Part shown: positions 29,281 to 40,040 of the stretch, in pieces | Layout of the letters: each line of letters starts with the position of its first letter | Position numbering within the stretch: the stretch's first letter is position 1 | From: Promethearchaeota archaeon | Lineage (GTDB): Archaea; Asgardarchaeota; Lokiarchaeia; Sigyniarchaeales; SOKP01 | Assembly: GCA_048938855.1 (NCBI GenBank) | Contig: JBHLLT010000015.1 | Coordinates: forward strand, 1-64,000 | Reading direction: 5' to 3' | DNA length: 64,000 nt | Program-made: the position numbers and the translations under genes | The notes under the pieces: generated by a model | The model's input: only the letters and a program-made list of their open reading frames with translations | Databases searched by the model: none | Told to the model about the DNA's origin: nothing

Positions 29281-30567
29281 ATGTCTGAAGAACAAAAAGT
29301 TAGAAATCGTTGGATTGTAGTCATCGGAGCAATCTTGATTCAACTCGCGCTAGGAACAATTTATTCATGGGGAACACTTACTGTTTTTGTTAGTCCATAT
29401 TTAAATGAAATTAAGGAAGTAACTGTCTACATATTTGGTGTAGGATTATTATCATTTGCAATCACCATGATTTTTGCCGGAAAGTTACAGCAGAGATATG
29501 GACCACGAAATATAGCTATCCTTGGTGGAATTTTGATGGGTGGAGGTGTAATTCTTTCTGCATTTATGACCACATTTATAGGTCTATTAATTACTTATGG
29601 CATTATTTTTGGTGCAGGAATTGGATTTGGATATGTTTGTCCTATAGCATCAGCAGGTAAATGGTTTCCAGATAAAAAAGGTTTAATAAATGGAATTGCT
29701 GTAGCCGGATTTGGAGCAGGTTCATTCATATTCAATTATGTAATAAAAGCAATAGCAAATCCCACAGGTTTAGAAACAGATGATCCAAATTTTCTATCAA
29801 CAATATCCCCAAATATCCCTATTATGTTCATTATACTAGGGATTATATATTTAGTTCTTATAGTCGGAGGTGCTATGAGTTTAAGTAATCCTCCCGAAGG
29901 ATGGGCCCCAAGAGGTTGGAATCCTCCTCCCCCTTCAGAAGAAAGTGGAGTTTCAGGTCTTGAATTCGAGAGAAAACAGACTATAAAATTATCACAATTT
30001 TGGATGCTGTGGGCAACATTTATTCTAAGTGCAATATCTGGATTAATGGTAATTGGCTCTTATTCTTCTTTTGCAAAAACAGTCGATATTAGTGATAATT
30101 TCATTTATGTGATAGGGACGGCAGATTTCGTCCTAATTGGTAGCTTAGCAGCGCTCTTTAATGGTTTGGGAAGAATAGTTTGGGGACAACTTGCTGATTT
30201 AATTACTTACAAGAAATCTATGATGATAATGTTCATTACTCAGGCGATATTGATGTTTATATACTTTACAACAAATCTGAATGCTATATATTTCTTAATA
30301 ATGACTTGTGCAATATATTTCTGTTTTGGAGGGAATTTCAGCTTGTTTCCAACCGCTACAACTGATTTATTTGGCTCAAAAAATTTAGGACCAAATTATG
30401 GAATCGTATTTACAGCATACGGAATTGCCGGATTTATGGGTGCGACAATGGTAAATACATTTGTTTTATTATTTGGTGGTTATTTAACCTTGTTTATTGT
30501 TATGGGGATTATGTCATTAGGAGCTGCCTTATTAGCTTTTTTGATAAAACCTCCTACTCGCAAATAA
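29281..30567 (+). CDS. MFS transporter, oxalate/formate antiporter (OFA) family
   Basis: NRW...G..YSW, KWFPDKKGL..G.AVAGFG, FNGLGRI.WG, FG.KN.G.NYG. Confidence 0.9.
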   Translation: MSEEQKVRNRWIVVIGAILIQLALGTIYSWGTLTVFVSPYLNEIKEVTVYIFGVGLLSFAITMIFAGKLQQRYGPRNIAILGGILMGGGVILSAFMTTFIGLLITYGIIFGAGIGFGYVCPIASAGKWFPDKKGLINGIAVAGFGAGSFIFNYVIKAIANPTGLETDDPNFLSTISPNIPIMFIILGIIYLVLIVGGAMSLSNPPEGWAPRGWNPPPPSEESGVSGLEFERKQTIKLSQFWMLWATFILSAISGLMVIGSYSSFAKTVDISDNFIYVIGTADFVLIGSLAALFNGLGRIVWGQLADLITYKKSMMIMFITQAILMFIYFTTNLNAIYFLIMTCAIYFCFGGNFSLFPTATTDLFGSKNLGPNYGIVFTAYGIAGFMGATMVNTFVLLFGGYLTLFIVMGIMSLGAALLAFLIKPPTRK

Positions 30568-30590
30568 AATAATTTTTTTTTTTTTTTTTT

Positions 30591-31403
30591 TTATTTCTGA
30601 GTTAAAGTAATAGCGTGGTTCGGACATTTTGAAACACAAATACCACATCCAAAACATTTAATTGGATTAAATTGGATTATATCATTGATAATTTTCCGTG
30701 CTCCGAAATGACACCATTTCTCACACGTTCCACAATTAATGCAACTCTCTAAATTTGTTGTCGCGATAAAATCGCTTTTAATCATCTGTGGAGATCCATA
30801 GTTAAGGAATTTATTCAACACCACACAGCAACAAGAACAACAATTACATATTATATAGTAAAACTGAGGAGTTGGAAAATAGATTAATTGGTGAATTAGT
30901 CCTCTTTCATCGCATTCTTCAAGAAGATCTTCAACTTCTTTTTTTGAAACTTTCTTTAAGTTATGAGACTTATAAGGAATTTCATAAAGAGATTTCCCAA
31001 AACTTAGATGAATACATGAAAATAAGGGATGATCACAGTTCGGCTCATTGTATTTTCTTTGAACAGAACGACAATAGCACCAACTTATCCCTACTACATT
31101 TGAACGCTTTATTATTTCCAAAATTTCTTGAGAAGAGATAAATTTTGATTCAAAATTAATATTTTTACCCAAGGGAACAACTCTTCCACCCCAACGTCCT
31201 TTTAATAGATATTTATTAATTTTTCCCCATGAATATATATTAAATTTGTAATCAATTCTTCTAAAAAACTCAAGAATATATACTTCAAAGGCTCCAAATA
31301 GACTTGATAATAATTTCCCAATGGCTGGAACCTTTTTCAGGATATTATCAATCCAAGTTTTAAATTCTCGATATGGTAATGAATCCTTGTTATTTTTTAT
31401 CAT
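30591..31403 (-). CDS. 4Fe-4S dicluster domain protein
   Basis: CYCR, ICNCCSCCC, CINCGTC...C, CFGCGICVSKCP. Confidence 0.85.
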   Translation of the reverse strand: MIKNNKDSLPYREFKTWIDNILKKVPAIGKLLSSLFGAFEVYILEFFRRIDYKFNIYSWGKINKYLLKGRWGGRVVPLGKNINFESKFISSQEILEIIKRSNVVGISWCYCRSVQRKYNEPNCDHPLFSCIHLSFGKSLYEIPYKSHNLKKVSKKEVEDLLEECDERGLIHQLIYFPTPQFYYIICNCCSCCCVVLNKFLNYGSPQMIKSDFIATTNLESCINCGTCEKWCHFGARKIINDIIQFNPIKCFGCGICVSKCPNHAITLTQK

Positions 31404-31659
31404 CTTACCTTCCGGGTTCTATTCAGAGGTTTTTGTCCAAAAATTTATAAATACTTTTTAGCTGTAGTATACATAAATGTAATTTAATCCAAATAGATAT
31501 TCAAAATCTTTTTCCCATTTGTACATTCCATTTAAAAAGAATGCTATCTAATTGTATATCTTAAATAATAGTATTAAAATAAATATAACCTATTTAATGT
31601 AAATCCAGTGATAAGGTAAGAAAGAAAATTTAACTGAAAATTAAATAGATGACAATTTA

Positions 31660-34161
31660 ATGACTGCAAAGAGTTTAAGCCTTTATGCAATAGCAAAATA
31701 TGCCAATCAGGAACTTTTATTAGAATCTTTACTTCAAGCAAAGGGTTCTTTTCAATCATTGTTTTTAGAAAAATTTCGAAAAAGACAAAGAACTCTTAAA
31801 ATTAAAGTAATTGCCACAAAAATATTATACTCTGTTATCTTTGGGATTTTACCTGTGATGTTGATTTTTACATATATAGAAATCATCCAAAGCGCTGATT
31901 TATACCCATTTTCACCCGATAATATTATATTTACGGGCGTAATTTTTTTTGGGTTGTATTTTGTTCTGCAGTTTTTTAATTTTTTCCTCATGGGTATATT
32001 AGAGTCCAGTATGGTGATGTCAGGCTTAATTTTCAGCTGGTTCGAAACATTACCTATTCCAAGAGAAAAACTAAGGAAATTAGCATATTTAACGATTTTT
32101 CGAACTTTTGATCTACCGATTATATGCATAATATTTGGATTTCCAATTACAATGCTAATACAAACTCAAAATATTTTAATTTTTTTTATCAGTCTTGGTA
32201 TTTCCTTTGTAAATATACTATTTTCATTCGATTTACTTATATTATTTGGGGAAAGACTGCATCGCGTTTTATATTCTAATAAAACTAGCCCTAAAAAAGC
32301 TCTTTTAGTTAGATTAATCAACATATTAAGTTATATTGCCGTAATACTTGGGACTATTTATATTATCCAATGGGTTTTTGGGTCAATAGAATATGTTTTT
32401 AGTACAATGATCTTATTTCCTCATGCTCAATTGCTAAATATAATCTTTAGTACACTTCCTTATCCATTTAATCCTAGTTATATATTGTCATTAGCAATTA
32501 CTCCAACTCTTCTTTCAGTTAATTTATGGATTAGTACTTTTGTTGGATTAGGACTTTTTATTATAATAACCTATGTAGTTCATAGGAAAACGTCAAAAAC
32601 TCTCTTTAAAATTACCAACTATAGTTCGCTTAACTCTCGACAAGTGTACCAGAAAGAAGAAATCGAAATTAAAATCAAGATACGTACTTCTATTGGTGCA
32701 TTTTTAAGAAAAGATCTTGCTGTAGCATCTCATGATATTAAAGTCTTTCTCTCATTAATTATGCCTATAATATTAGCATGCATATTCACTTTCTCTTTTA
32801 ATATTGGATTAGTTTCTAGTCCTATTATATTCGAAAGGGATGTTATAATCTATTGCTTAGGTATATTATTATTTTGTCCTATAATCTCTAGTATGCTGGT
32901 TTATGGAATATCTTATATAGATTTGTCAGGAGAAACTGTTTTGGCGGGATTACCTATTATTCCTCGAGATAGAGTTAAAGCTAAATTAATCCTGATGATA
33001 ATCCTTCAGACTATAGCTTTAATTTCTCCTTCTTTAATGTATTTATTCACTCCAAAATTTTCTAGTTTCTTTTTTGCTACTATTATAATGGCTCCATTTG
33101 TGTGGATTTTTCTTCTTTTGACTTATGAATTAAAAATTTATTTTTTTAACAAGTTTGGAAAGCGTTATGTAATTGGTGATATAAATCCAGAGAAAAGAAT
33201 TGTAAAATGGGCACTAATTATTTGCGTACAATATGTAATTAATTTTTGGATTACATCTTTTGTGCTTATTTTTTTTATTAGTCAATTAACTTCTGTAATT
33301 GCTACATTTTATCTTATAATAACAATTGTAAGTGCCCTATTGAGTATTTTAATCCTAAATAGTATGTTTCCAATTATTCGAGAAAGAAGATCTAAGCATT
33401 TGAAAGACACAGGTTCAACCTATTTCACACGCCATACATGGGTAAGTCTATTTGTTTTATTTGTTTTATACAATATACATTTATATATATCAATATTTTT
33501 AACTAACATTTTTGCTCAACCAGTTTATATTGATATCTTTAATGATTATTATTTTAATGCTTTTAGCTTAATTGGCTTACTTTTACTTAATTTGAGTTTT
33601 GCTCCACTATTTTTTATCCTAATTCCAAAATATTTAGGCTTACCATATGGAAAACGACCATTACGTCAATACTTACCCAATATTAAAGCAGGGTGGTTAA
33701 TAAAATTCTCAAAAATTCTTCTTTGGTCAATATTAGGATTAATACTATTCTACGTTACAACATTTATAACAAATATAGGGTATTTAATTTCACCTGGTAT
33801 TATTGCTATTAATATGATGGTATTTATAGTAATTCTAAATACAAATTTTTCTTTTTGGTCAGAATTATTTTATAGAGGAATAGTTTTGACTATACTTCTA
33901 AAGAACAATAGGAAGAAATCAACTGCAATCATATTAAACGCATTAATTGTTTTAATATCTTTTATAATAATTCAAAATTTATTGTATCGCCAACTAATTA
34001 TCTTTTATTCCCCTTTTAATTATTTAATAATGTTTCTTCAGCAAGCTTTACTAGCCTACTTATGTATTAAAACAAAGAGTATTTTTCCAGGAATTATAAT
34101 AAGAGTGGTTTTAATAAGTATACTTAATTTAACAATAGTTCCTATTTTTGTTATATATTAA
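31660..34161 (+). CDS. Large membrane protein (ABC-2-type exporter-like) fused to a degenerate CPBP/Abi-like domain
   Basis: More than 18 TMs; C-terminal WSELFYRG and KTKSIFPGII. Confidence 0.55.
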   Translation: MTAKSLSLYAIAKYANQELLLESLLQAKGSFQSLFLEKFRKRQRTLKIKVIATKILYSVIFGILPVMLIFTYIEIIQSADLYPFSPDNIIFTGVIFFGLYFVLQFFNFFLMGILESSMVMSGLIFSWFETLPIPREKLRKLAYLTIFRTFDLPIICIIFGFPITMLIQTQNILIFFISLGISFVNILFSFDLLILFGERLHRVLYSNKTSPKKALLVRLINILSYIAVILGTIYIIQWVFGSIEYVFSTMILFPHAQLLNIIFSTLPYPFNPSYILSLAITPTLLSVNLWISTFVGLGLFIIITYVVHRKTSKTLFKITNYSSLNSRQVYQKEEIEIKIKIRTSIGAFLRKDLAVASHDIKVFLSLIMPIILACIFTFSFNIGLVSSPIIFERDVIIYCLGILLFCPIISSMLVYGISYIDLSGETVLAGLPIIPRDRVKAKLILMIILQTIALISPSLMYLFTPKFSSFFFATIIMAPFVWIFLLLTYELKIYFFNKFGKRYVIGDINPEKRIVKWALIICVQYVINFWITSFVLIFFISQLTSVIATFYLIITIVSALLSILILNSMFPIIRERRSKHLKDTGSTYFTRHTWVSLFVLFVLYNIHLYISIFLTNIFAQPVYIDIFNDYYFNAFSLIGLLLLNLSFAPLFFILIPKYLGLPYGKRPLRQYLPNIKAGWLIKFSKILLWSILGLILFYVTTFITNIGYLISPGIIAINMMVFIVILNTNFSFWSELFYRGIVLTILLKNNRKKSTAIILNALIVLISFIIIQNLLYRQLIIFYSPFNYLIMFLQQALLAYLCIKTKSIFPGIIIRVVLISILNLTIVPIFVIY

Positions 34162-34237
34162 TTTAAAAATTATATTGTATAAATTATTGATTAAAAAGAT
34201 AGTTAAATTCTTTTAGAATCCTATTTATTGATTAATT

Positions 34238-34717
34238 ATGAAAATAAGTATAACCTATGAAGAAAAACTTCAAATCGATACTCAGAAGGCTTTTGAACTA
34301 ACACAACAATGGTTAGGAGGACAATATAAGGCGAAGATTAAGAAATCAATACCTCCTACATTTATTGAGGCAAAACAAGGAACAATGTTGACTAACACGG
34401 GTCATGATCCGAATTGGAAAAAGAGAATTACTATTAATTTCTATGCATTGGAAGGAGACCAAACGTTAGTTAGAGTTGAAGCGATTCCCCTTGCCAGAAA
34501 TATTTTTAGAGTAGAAAAACTAAAACAATCTTGGTATAATGGACTATTTTCTCATCTATTCTCACTTTTAAAAACATATGACCAATCCACAAAACATGAA
34601 AAAATCAAAGAAACTAATATTATCGAAGGAACGAAAATTAGATATTGTACATATTGTGGAAATAAAATTGAAGAAAATGTTAAAATATGTCCTAGTTGTG
34701 GTATACAGATAGACTAG
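34238..34717 (+). CDS. Hypothetical protein with C-terminal zinc ribbon
   Basis: YCTYCG...ICPSCG. Confidence 0.75.
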   Translation: MKISITYEEKLQIDTQKAFELTQQWLGGQYKAKIKKSIPPTFIEAKQGTMLTNTGHDPNWKKRITINFYALEGDQTLVRVEAIPLARNIFRVEKLKQSWYNGLFSHLFSLLKTYDQSTKHEKIKETNIIEGTKIRYCTYCGNKIEENVKICPSCGIQID

Positions 34718-35099
34718 TTAATGAAAATGTTTCTTCTCATAAGTTTTTATAGTAATTATTTCTAAAATTTGTCGGACTCTTTCAACTTAAATGAAAGAGG
34801 ATCATTTATCCTCTTGTGACAAGTACAGATTCTTTTTATGATTGGGAATTAAGAATAAGAACTAAACCCCATTATCTTAAAAAAAAGAAAAAAAGTAAAA
34901 ATGAAAATTGTTTAGGTATCTCTACTGAGGACTTTAAAAAATACATAAAATTATGGAAAAGTAAAAATATTGCATTCTAATTCTTTTCTCAAATTCTTCT
35001 CTTTTCTCACTCATAATCCTGTTTGCAATTGAAAAAGAATTTTGCTTTTTATAATAATTATTGTTCAATAATAATAGTTAAGATTAGAAGTATTAGTGG

Positions 35100-35462
35100 T
35101 ATAGAAAGAAGGGACGAGAAGTTGCCAATGAATCCCAGAAGGTTTTCATAAGCAAACGGTATTGTTATTTTTCACTTTCATGAAAAAATTACAAAACATT
35201 AAATCATTTTGCGTCATGAAGAGAAATACCATACAATGAATAATTTCTTACTCGTCGGATGGTGTTATCGTTTGATAACCTTACCAATTCTTGCGAATCA
35301 GCCAGATCGAACACCGAATATAAACCAAATGGCTTACATTTTAGTTCAAATTATGCTTTTACACATAATCTCTTTCCATATCGCAACAGATTACCTTGCG
35401 GTGCCAATGCTTTGAGGTAACAATACCTCTTCTCGACGTTCAAACCGTTAGGATTGAACAAT
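35100..35462 (-). ncRNA. Candidate large structured non-coding RNA, family unknown
   Basis: At least 7 local hairpins plus two long-range helices; G-U pairs favour the minus strand; TATA-like TTTAAATA ~25 nt upstream. Confidence 0.6.
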
Positions 35463-35619
35463 ATATGTTTTGAAGGATTCATATTTAAATCACACTATTA
35501 AGGGATTATTATATATTTTTGTCGAAGAAAACAGTTTATGTAATTTTTATGTCGGAGTTTTAAAACTTGGTTTTTTCAACATAAATACGAGTCATAAGAT
35601 AAAAAAAGAAGGAGGAGAT

Positions 35620-35997
35620 TTAGAATGGCCATATATTTATTGTTACGTTCAATAGCGTACTTAGTAACAGAACCACAAGAACATATAACAGAAAAGCTAT
35701 AACAGTTATTACAATTGCACTTAGAAATCCTACATTATGGCTTACACAAATTAGTATCCAAGTTACTATTAAAGCAACTAACCAAGCGACCCAACCTTCT
35801 AAAAACAAAAATACTAAAGCAAAAGTGATAGTAATTAAGAAGGCTGTTAAAAAGACATTACCAAAATTAGTATGTTGTGCTTTACTAAAGAAACTTAAAG
35901 TAAGTTTCAAAAAAATTGTTATTACCAACAGGACTATAAGGTAAAAGACTAAAAACCACATAACTTCTTCAAATGTTAGTAAAATCATTTTATTCAA
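35620..35997 (-). CDS. Small four-TM hypothetical membrane protein
   Basis: Hydrophobic 125-aa ORF. Confidence 0.7.
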   Translation of the reverse strand: MNKMILLTFEEVMWFLVFYLIVLLVITIFLKLTLSFFSKAQHTNFGNVFLTAFLITITFALVFLFLEGWVAWLVALIVTWILICVSHNVGFLSAIVITVIAFLLYVLVVLLLSTLLNVTINIWPF

Positions 35998-36107
35998 ATC
36001 TGAGTTTATATTTAGTACTTTAAATCTTTAGAATATTCTATATGGATAGAATAAAAAAATTAACATAGTATATAAGATAAATCTTATTTTGACAAAAGTG
36101 ATTTTTA

Positions 36108-36473
36108 ATGAATTTAAGAGATCCAAAACTAATAGCTCTTCAGTTTAATGAATATATTAATAATCAAGATATTAAGGGATTATCGAAGCTTATGACTGAA
36201 GGTCATATATTTATTGATAGAGCTAATGATCATTATGGAGATATGGTTAATGGGTGGAAGGACTTCTTCAGCAGTTTTCCAACATATAAAAACTATTTTC
36301 ATAGAGTAGATTCGCGAGGTAATATAGTAATTCTATTAGGTTATGCAAAATGGTCAAAAGACTCCTTAGAAAAAGATTATGCAATATGGACAGCTAAAAT
36401 TGAAAATGATCTTGTATCTGAATGGCGTATTTATGAAGATACGGAGGAAAATAGAAAATTACTAGAACTCTAA
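36108..36473 (+). CDS. NTF2/SnoaL-like protein
   Basis: FNE.IN..D...L..LMT..H.FID, W..FF..FP.Y, WRIYED. Confidence 0.8.
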   Translation: MNLRDPKLIALQFNEYINNQDIKGLSKLMTEGHIFIDRANDHYGDMVNGWKDFFSSFPTYKNYFHRVDSRGNIVILLGYAKWSKDSLEKDYAIWTAKIENDLVSEWRIYEDTEENRKLLEL

Positions 36474-36478
36474 AATAA

Positions 36479-36583
36479 CTATAAAAATATACCTGCGAGT
36501 AACATAAAAAGAAGACAAAGACCAGCTAAGCTTGAAAAACCAATAATAGTTAGTAGAACTTGATACCAATCTTTAATAGTCAT
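36479..36583 (-). CDS. 34-aa single-TM small protein (not in ORF track)
   Basis: MTIKDWYQVLLTIIGFSSLAGLCLLFMLLAGIFL*, preceded by AGGAG. Confidence 0.5.
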   Translation of the reverse strand: MTIKDWYQVLLTIIGFSSLAGLCLLFMLLAGIFL

Positions 36584-36818
36584 AATTTTATATTTCTCCT
36601 TTATTTATTTTTCAAAAATATACTTATATCCACTATTATATATAAAAGTATATATTTAAAAGTTATGATTTAACCTTATTAACTTCCCTCATCTATATGA
36701 GAATATTATATAATTTAAACTAGTATATATTTATATATATTTTTATATACTAAATATTATTTAGATTTAAACTAATGTATTAAAAAATCTCTAAAAATAT
36801 TATCCGAATGAGCTTAAT

Positions 36819-37778
36819 TTAAAATAAAATGATTAAAACTCCGATAAAAGTTACTATAATTCCAATAAATTCAGTTTTCGAAATTGATTCCTTATTGATT
36901 AAGTAAGAAAAAGGGATTGTAAATAAAGGTAATGCAGTAGAGATGATAGACATAAATATAGCACCTGCAGTATGAACTGCTTCTCCGAAAAAGACACTTC
37001 CAATTGAATAACTAAGTAAAGCAGATATAATAAGGATACTCCAAGTATTTTTTTTCTTTGGGATTGGAGTTTTTCTACTCTCTATAAATGCAATAATACT
37101 TAATGAAAGAGATGCGAATAGAAATCTTATCATCATGGCTATCATTGTACTTAAAATTCCTAAACTTAATACTTGATCGACTTGGTTAATAGAGTAATCT
37201 GTAAGAGAAATACCTATTGCCCAAGAAATTGCCGTAGTCACTGCTAATAGCGTTCCTTTAATGCTTTTTGATATCCTATTTCTTTTTAAATCCTCCTGGT
37301 TACTATCTGTAAAAGAATCTGAATTGCTAAAATCATGTTTCGAATTGATATTATTTTTTCCTTTTGTAATTATAATTACCCCAATTCCAATTAAGATTAT
37401 CGAAAATACCATTAGAAGTGTAAAAGGTCGATTCAAAAAGAAAGTAGAAAACAGCAATGTGAATAGTGGAGTTGTTGTTGAAATCGCAAGAGCTTTAGCA
37501 GGACCTAACATTTTTTGTGATTGAAGATATACCGTATCCCCTATTATCACTGTAAACAAAATACTCATTATAAGAAATAAAACAATTAGTATCGAAAGAG
37601 AAAAGGTTTGTAAAAAGATACCCAATGATAAAGAGATAATTAAAAATGTGAAAAAACCAATAATTGAACGAATTGTAGTCTGAAAAATTGGTGTTGCATC
37701 ATTTTGTATCCTCCTTGCTAATACAAATGAAATAGCAAATGAAACATTGGTAAGAATTGCCATGATTTCCCCATACAT
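36819..37778 (-). CDS. DMT/EamA family transporter
   Basis: Two 5-TM repeats, GD..Y..S...LG, PLFT. Confidence 0.88.
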   Translation of the reverse strand: MYGEIMAILTNVSFAISFVLARRIQNDATPIFQTTIRSIIGFFTFLIISLSLGIFLQTFSLSILIVLFLIMSILFTVIIGDTVYLQSQKMLGPAKALAISTTTPLFTLLFSTFFLNRPFTLLMVFSIILIGIGVIIITKGKNNINSKHDFSNSDSFTDSNQEDLKRNRISKSIKGTLLAVTTAISWAIGISLTDYSINQVDQVLSLGILSTMIAMMIRFLFASLSLSIIAFIESRKTPIPKKKNTWSILIISALLSYSIGSVFFGEAVHTAGAIFMSIISTALPLFTIPFSYLINKESISKTEFIGIIVTFIGVLIILF

Positions 37779-37973
37779 TTTTTAACATATCTCCTTCTTT
37801 CTTGTTGAATTTTCTAACTTTCCTTTTAAATTTTTACTATTCTCATAATTTATTTACCTCTCTTGCATTTTTAAAGAGAATTGTGTCTTTAATTGTTTAT
37901 GCTTTAAATTTAAGGATATTATCCACAAGTGTCAATGGAATAGAAACTAGTCCAATGGATTTTTATATCAAAA

Positions 37974-38723
37974 ATGATAAAAAAAAATAGGAATCTAAAA
38001 AGTAATATAGATAGATTGTTGACTTGTAGTGCTTATAATTCTTGCAATTTTAATAAGATCCCTCCTTTAATCGGTTTTTTAATTGGAGATCAATTTGGAA
38101 ATACCTTGATGGTAATTGAGTATGATTCAAATGATAAAACCAACTTTAATCCAATTAAATCATATCTATCTGAAAATGAAAAAAGTCTTTTAGAAATGGA
38201 TTTAATTTCGATGTATTTTAGCTCGTTAAAAGTATTTGCAGGTCAAACAAATATAAAGAATCTATCGAATTTGGAAGTACATGGTTCTAATATTAAGGTT
38301 CAAATTTTCTTTCTTTTAGATAAATACATGGTCATCTTATTTTTAAATTCCAAAACTGAACTAAATTTGAAAGAAAAGACACTTATTGTAAAATATTTTA
38401 ATGAAATACTAACCAAATATGAATTTGAATTTAAACATTTTAATGCGGCAAAATCCAGGCAAATAATTGCTATGTTAGAAACTAAAGGAAAGGTATGGCT
38501 TAAACAATTAAATAATCATCATTTACATAGTTTTGAAGATACATATTTGAAAAAACATGAAATTATTGATGAATTAACAAGTGATATTGAGCCGATAATT
38601 AAAAAAGTACTTGTAGAATATCTAAAATACATTCCAGAAGAAATTATGCAAAATATATCCAAAGAGATTAATAATAAAATTCAAGATTTATTATTTGGAT
38701 TTGATTCTAATCTTAATTGCTAG
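37974..38723 (+). CDS. Hypothetical protein, possibly roadblock/longin-like sensor
   Basis: IG.LIGDQFGNTL, DLISMYFSSLK.FA helix followed by beta strands. Confidence 0.6.
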   Translation: MIKKNRNLKSNIDRLLTCSAYNSCNFNKIPPLIGFLIGDQFGNTLMVIEYDSNDKTNFNPIKSYLSENEKSLLEMDLISMYFSSLKVFAGQTNIKNLSNLEVHGSNIKVQIFFLLDKYMVILFLNSKTELNLKEKTLIVKYFNEILTKYEFEFKHFNAAKSRQIIAMLETKGKVWLKQLNNHHLHSFEDTYLKKHEIIDELTSDIEPIIKKVLVEYLKYIPEEIMQNISKEINNKIQDLLFGFDSNLNC

Positions 38724-38730
38724 ATATATA

Positions 38731-39111
38731 TTATTTAATTTTATGAGAGAGTTTATGGACGATCCACCACTTATTCCCTATTTTCATTAAATTAAAGTAA
38801 TCAATATAACCCACTTCTTCACATTTGATTTTAAGTTTAACAGCAGCATTATTCCCAGTAACATCAATACTGTAAAATTCAGTATTCCAAGTTAAATCCT
38901 CATTCACATTTTTAGGATTATACCATGACATATATTCTTCTCTATCTACAATTCTAAATTGCCCCTCCTTATCATAAAAGAAAAATTTCCATTGTTCATG
39001 TAAAATCTTCTTATATAGCTCTGGATCGTTTTTAACATGACCCTCATGATAATAATCGAGTATATCTTTTTTAATTGCTAATATTTCTTCTTCATTGCTA
39101 GTGTTTGGCAT
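38731..39111 (-). CDS. NTF2-like (putative lumazine-binding) protein
   Basis: IDVTGNNAAVK, YIDYFNLMK....WWIVHK. Confidence 0.8.
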   Translation of the reverse strand: MPNTSNEEEILAIKKDILDYYHEGHVKNDPELYKKILHEQWKFFFYDKEGQFRIVDREEYMSWYNPKNVNEDLTWNTEFYSIDVTGNNAAVKLKIKCEEVGYIDYFNLMKIGNKWWIVHKLSHKIK

Positions 39112-39387
39112 AATGTCTTTTTTTTCTTAGTAATTTAAATAATGGTGAGTGAATAATGAGCAAGAAATATTTATATATTATTTAAAAAAAGCTTAATATA
39201 CTCAATAATGAGATTTTTCAGTACAAATAATTCCGACTTATTTTGTTTTAATTATTGATCATATAATATTATAGAATTATAAATCTCAGGGCAATATTGA
39301 AAGAACTTAAAGAAGGAACAATAAATGCTAATTGAATTAAGATTATAATTGAAAACTAAAATATTATCAATATCGTTAATATCTTTT

Positions 39388-39597
39388 TTACATTTCCGTT
39401 CTATGTTTTCTAATAATAATAAAACCGAGAAGGATAAAAACCAATTCAAAAAGAATATCTTTCACATATAAAACAATCCCGGTATACCAAATGAATAAAC
39501 CTATTATTAGAGTAATAACGCTGTACACAACAGTTATTAAACCAATTGAAAATATTAAATATCCGATGATTAAATTAAGATCAGTTTTTCTACTCAA
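39388..39597 (-). CDS. Small two-TM hypothetical protein
   Basis: 69-aa hydrophobic ORF. Confidence 0.55.
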   Translation of the reverse strand: MSRKTDLNLIIGYLIFSIGLITVVYSVITLIIGLFIWYTGIVLYVKDILFELVFILLGFIIIRKHRTEM

Positions 39598-39738
39598 TTT
39601 TAATTCTCTAAAAAATGGGAGCTAATTTTTAACTCTTGAGCTATTAAAGAATTTGATTATTAATATGAAAAGATACTATTTAAAATTCATCTAGAATATT
39701 TGAAATTTTCAAATTAACAGAATAAATAGGTTAGAATG

Positions 39739-40032
39739 CTAATCAAAACCAGAATATGTATTAAAATTTCGATATTTCTCGTGATAATTAAAATTCCTTC
39801 TTTTTGCCCTAAAGGGTCTTTCAGGCAGATTAAAATAACATTCAGGGCAAAAAATAATTACCATAGAATCATTCCAAAGCTCTTTAGCTCTTAATTCTGA
39901 AATTGATGAATTATCCCTCATAAATTCTGAAAATGATATTGATTTTTTACATACCATACAGGCTTTATCTTCTCTAATCATATAAAAACTATTTTTATTC
40001 TCTTTTAGTAAATGAATATTTAAGTTTATCAT
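39739..40032 (-). CDS. Small zinc-finger-like protein
   Basis: CMVC...FCPECY. Confidence 0.65.
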   Translation of the reverse strand: MINLNIHLLKENKNSFYMIREDKACMVCKKSISFSEFMRDNSSISELRAKELWNDSMVIIFCPECYFNLPERPFRAKRRNFNYHEKYRNFNTYSGFD

Positions 40033-40040
40033 ATAAAAAG

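Noticed and set aside
35100-35462. RNase P RNA, SRP RNA or self-splicing intron identity for the structured region
   Set aside because: No GAGGAA..UCC / ACAGAA..GGCUUA pair, no SRP helix-8 motif, and no group I P7 or group II domain V seen by eye.
35209-35655. Plus-strand ORFs 35209-35415 and 35470-35655
   Set aside because: TTG starts, no SD and no recognisable protein features; they overlap the structured RNA candidate and its promoter.
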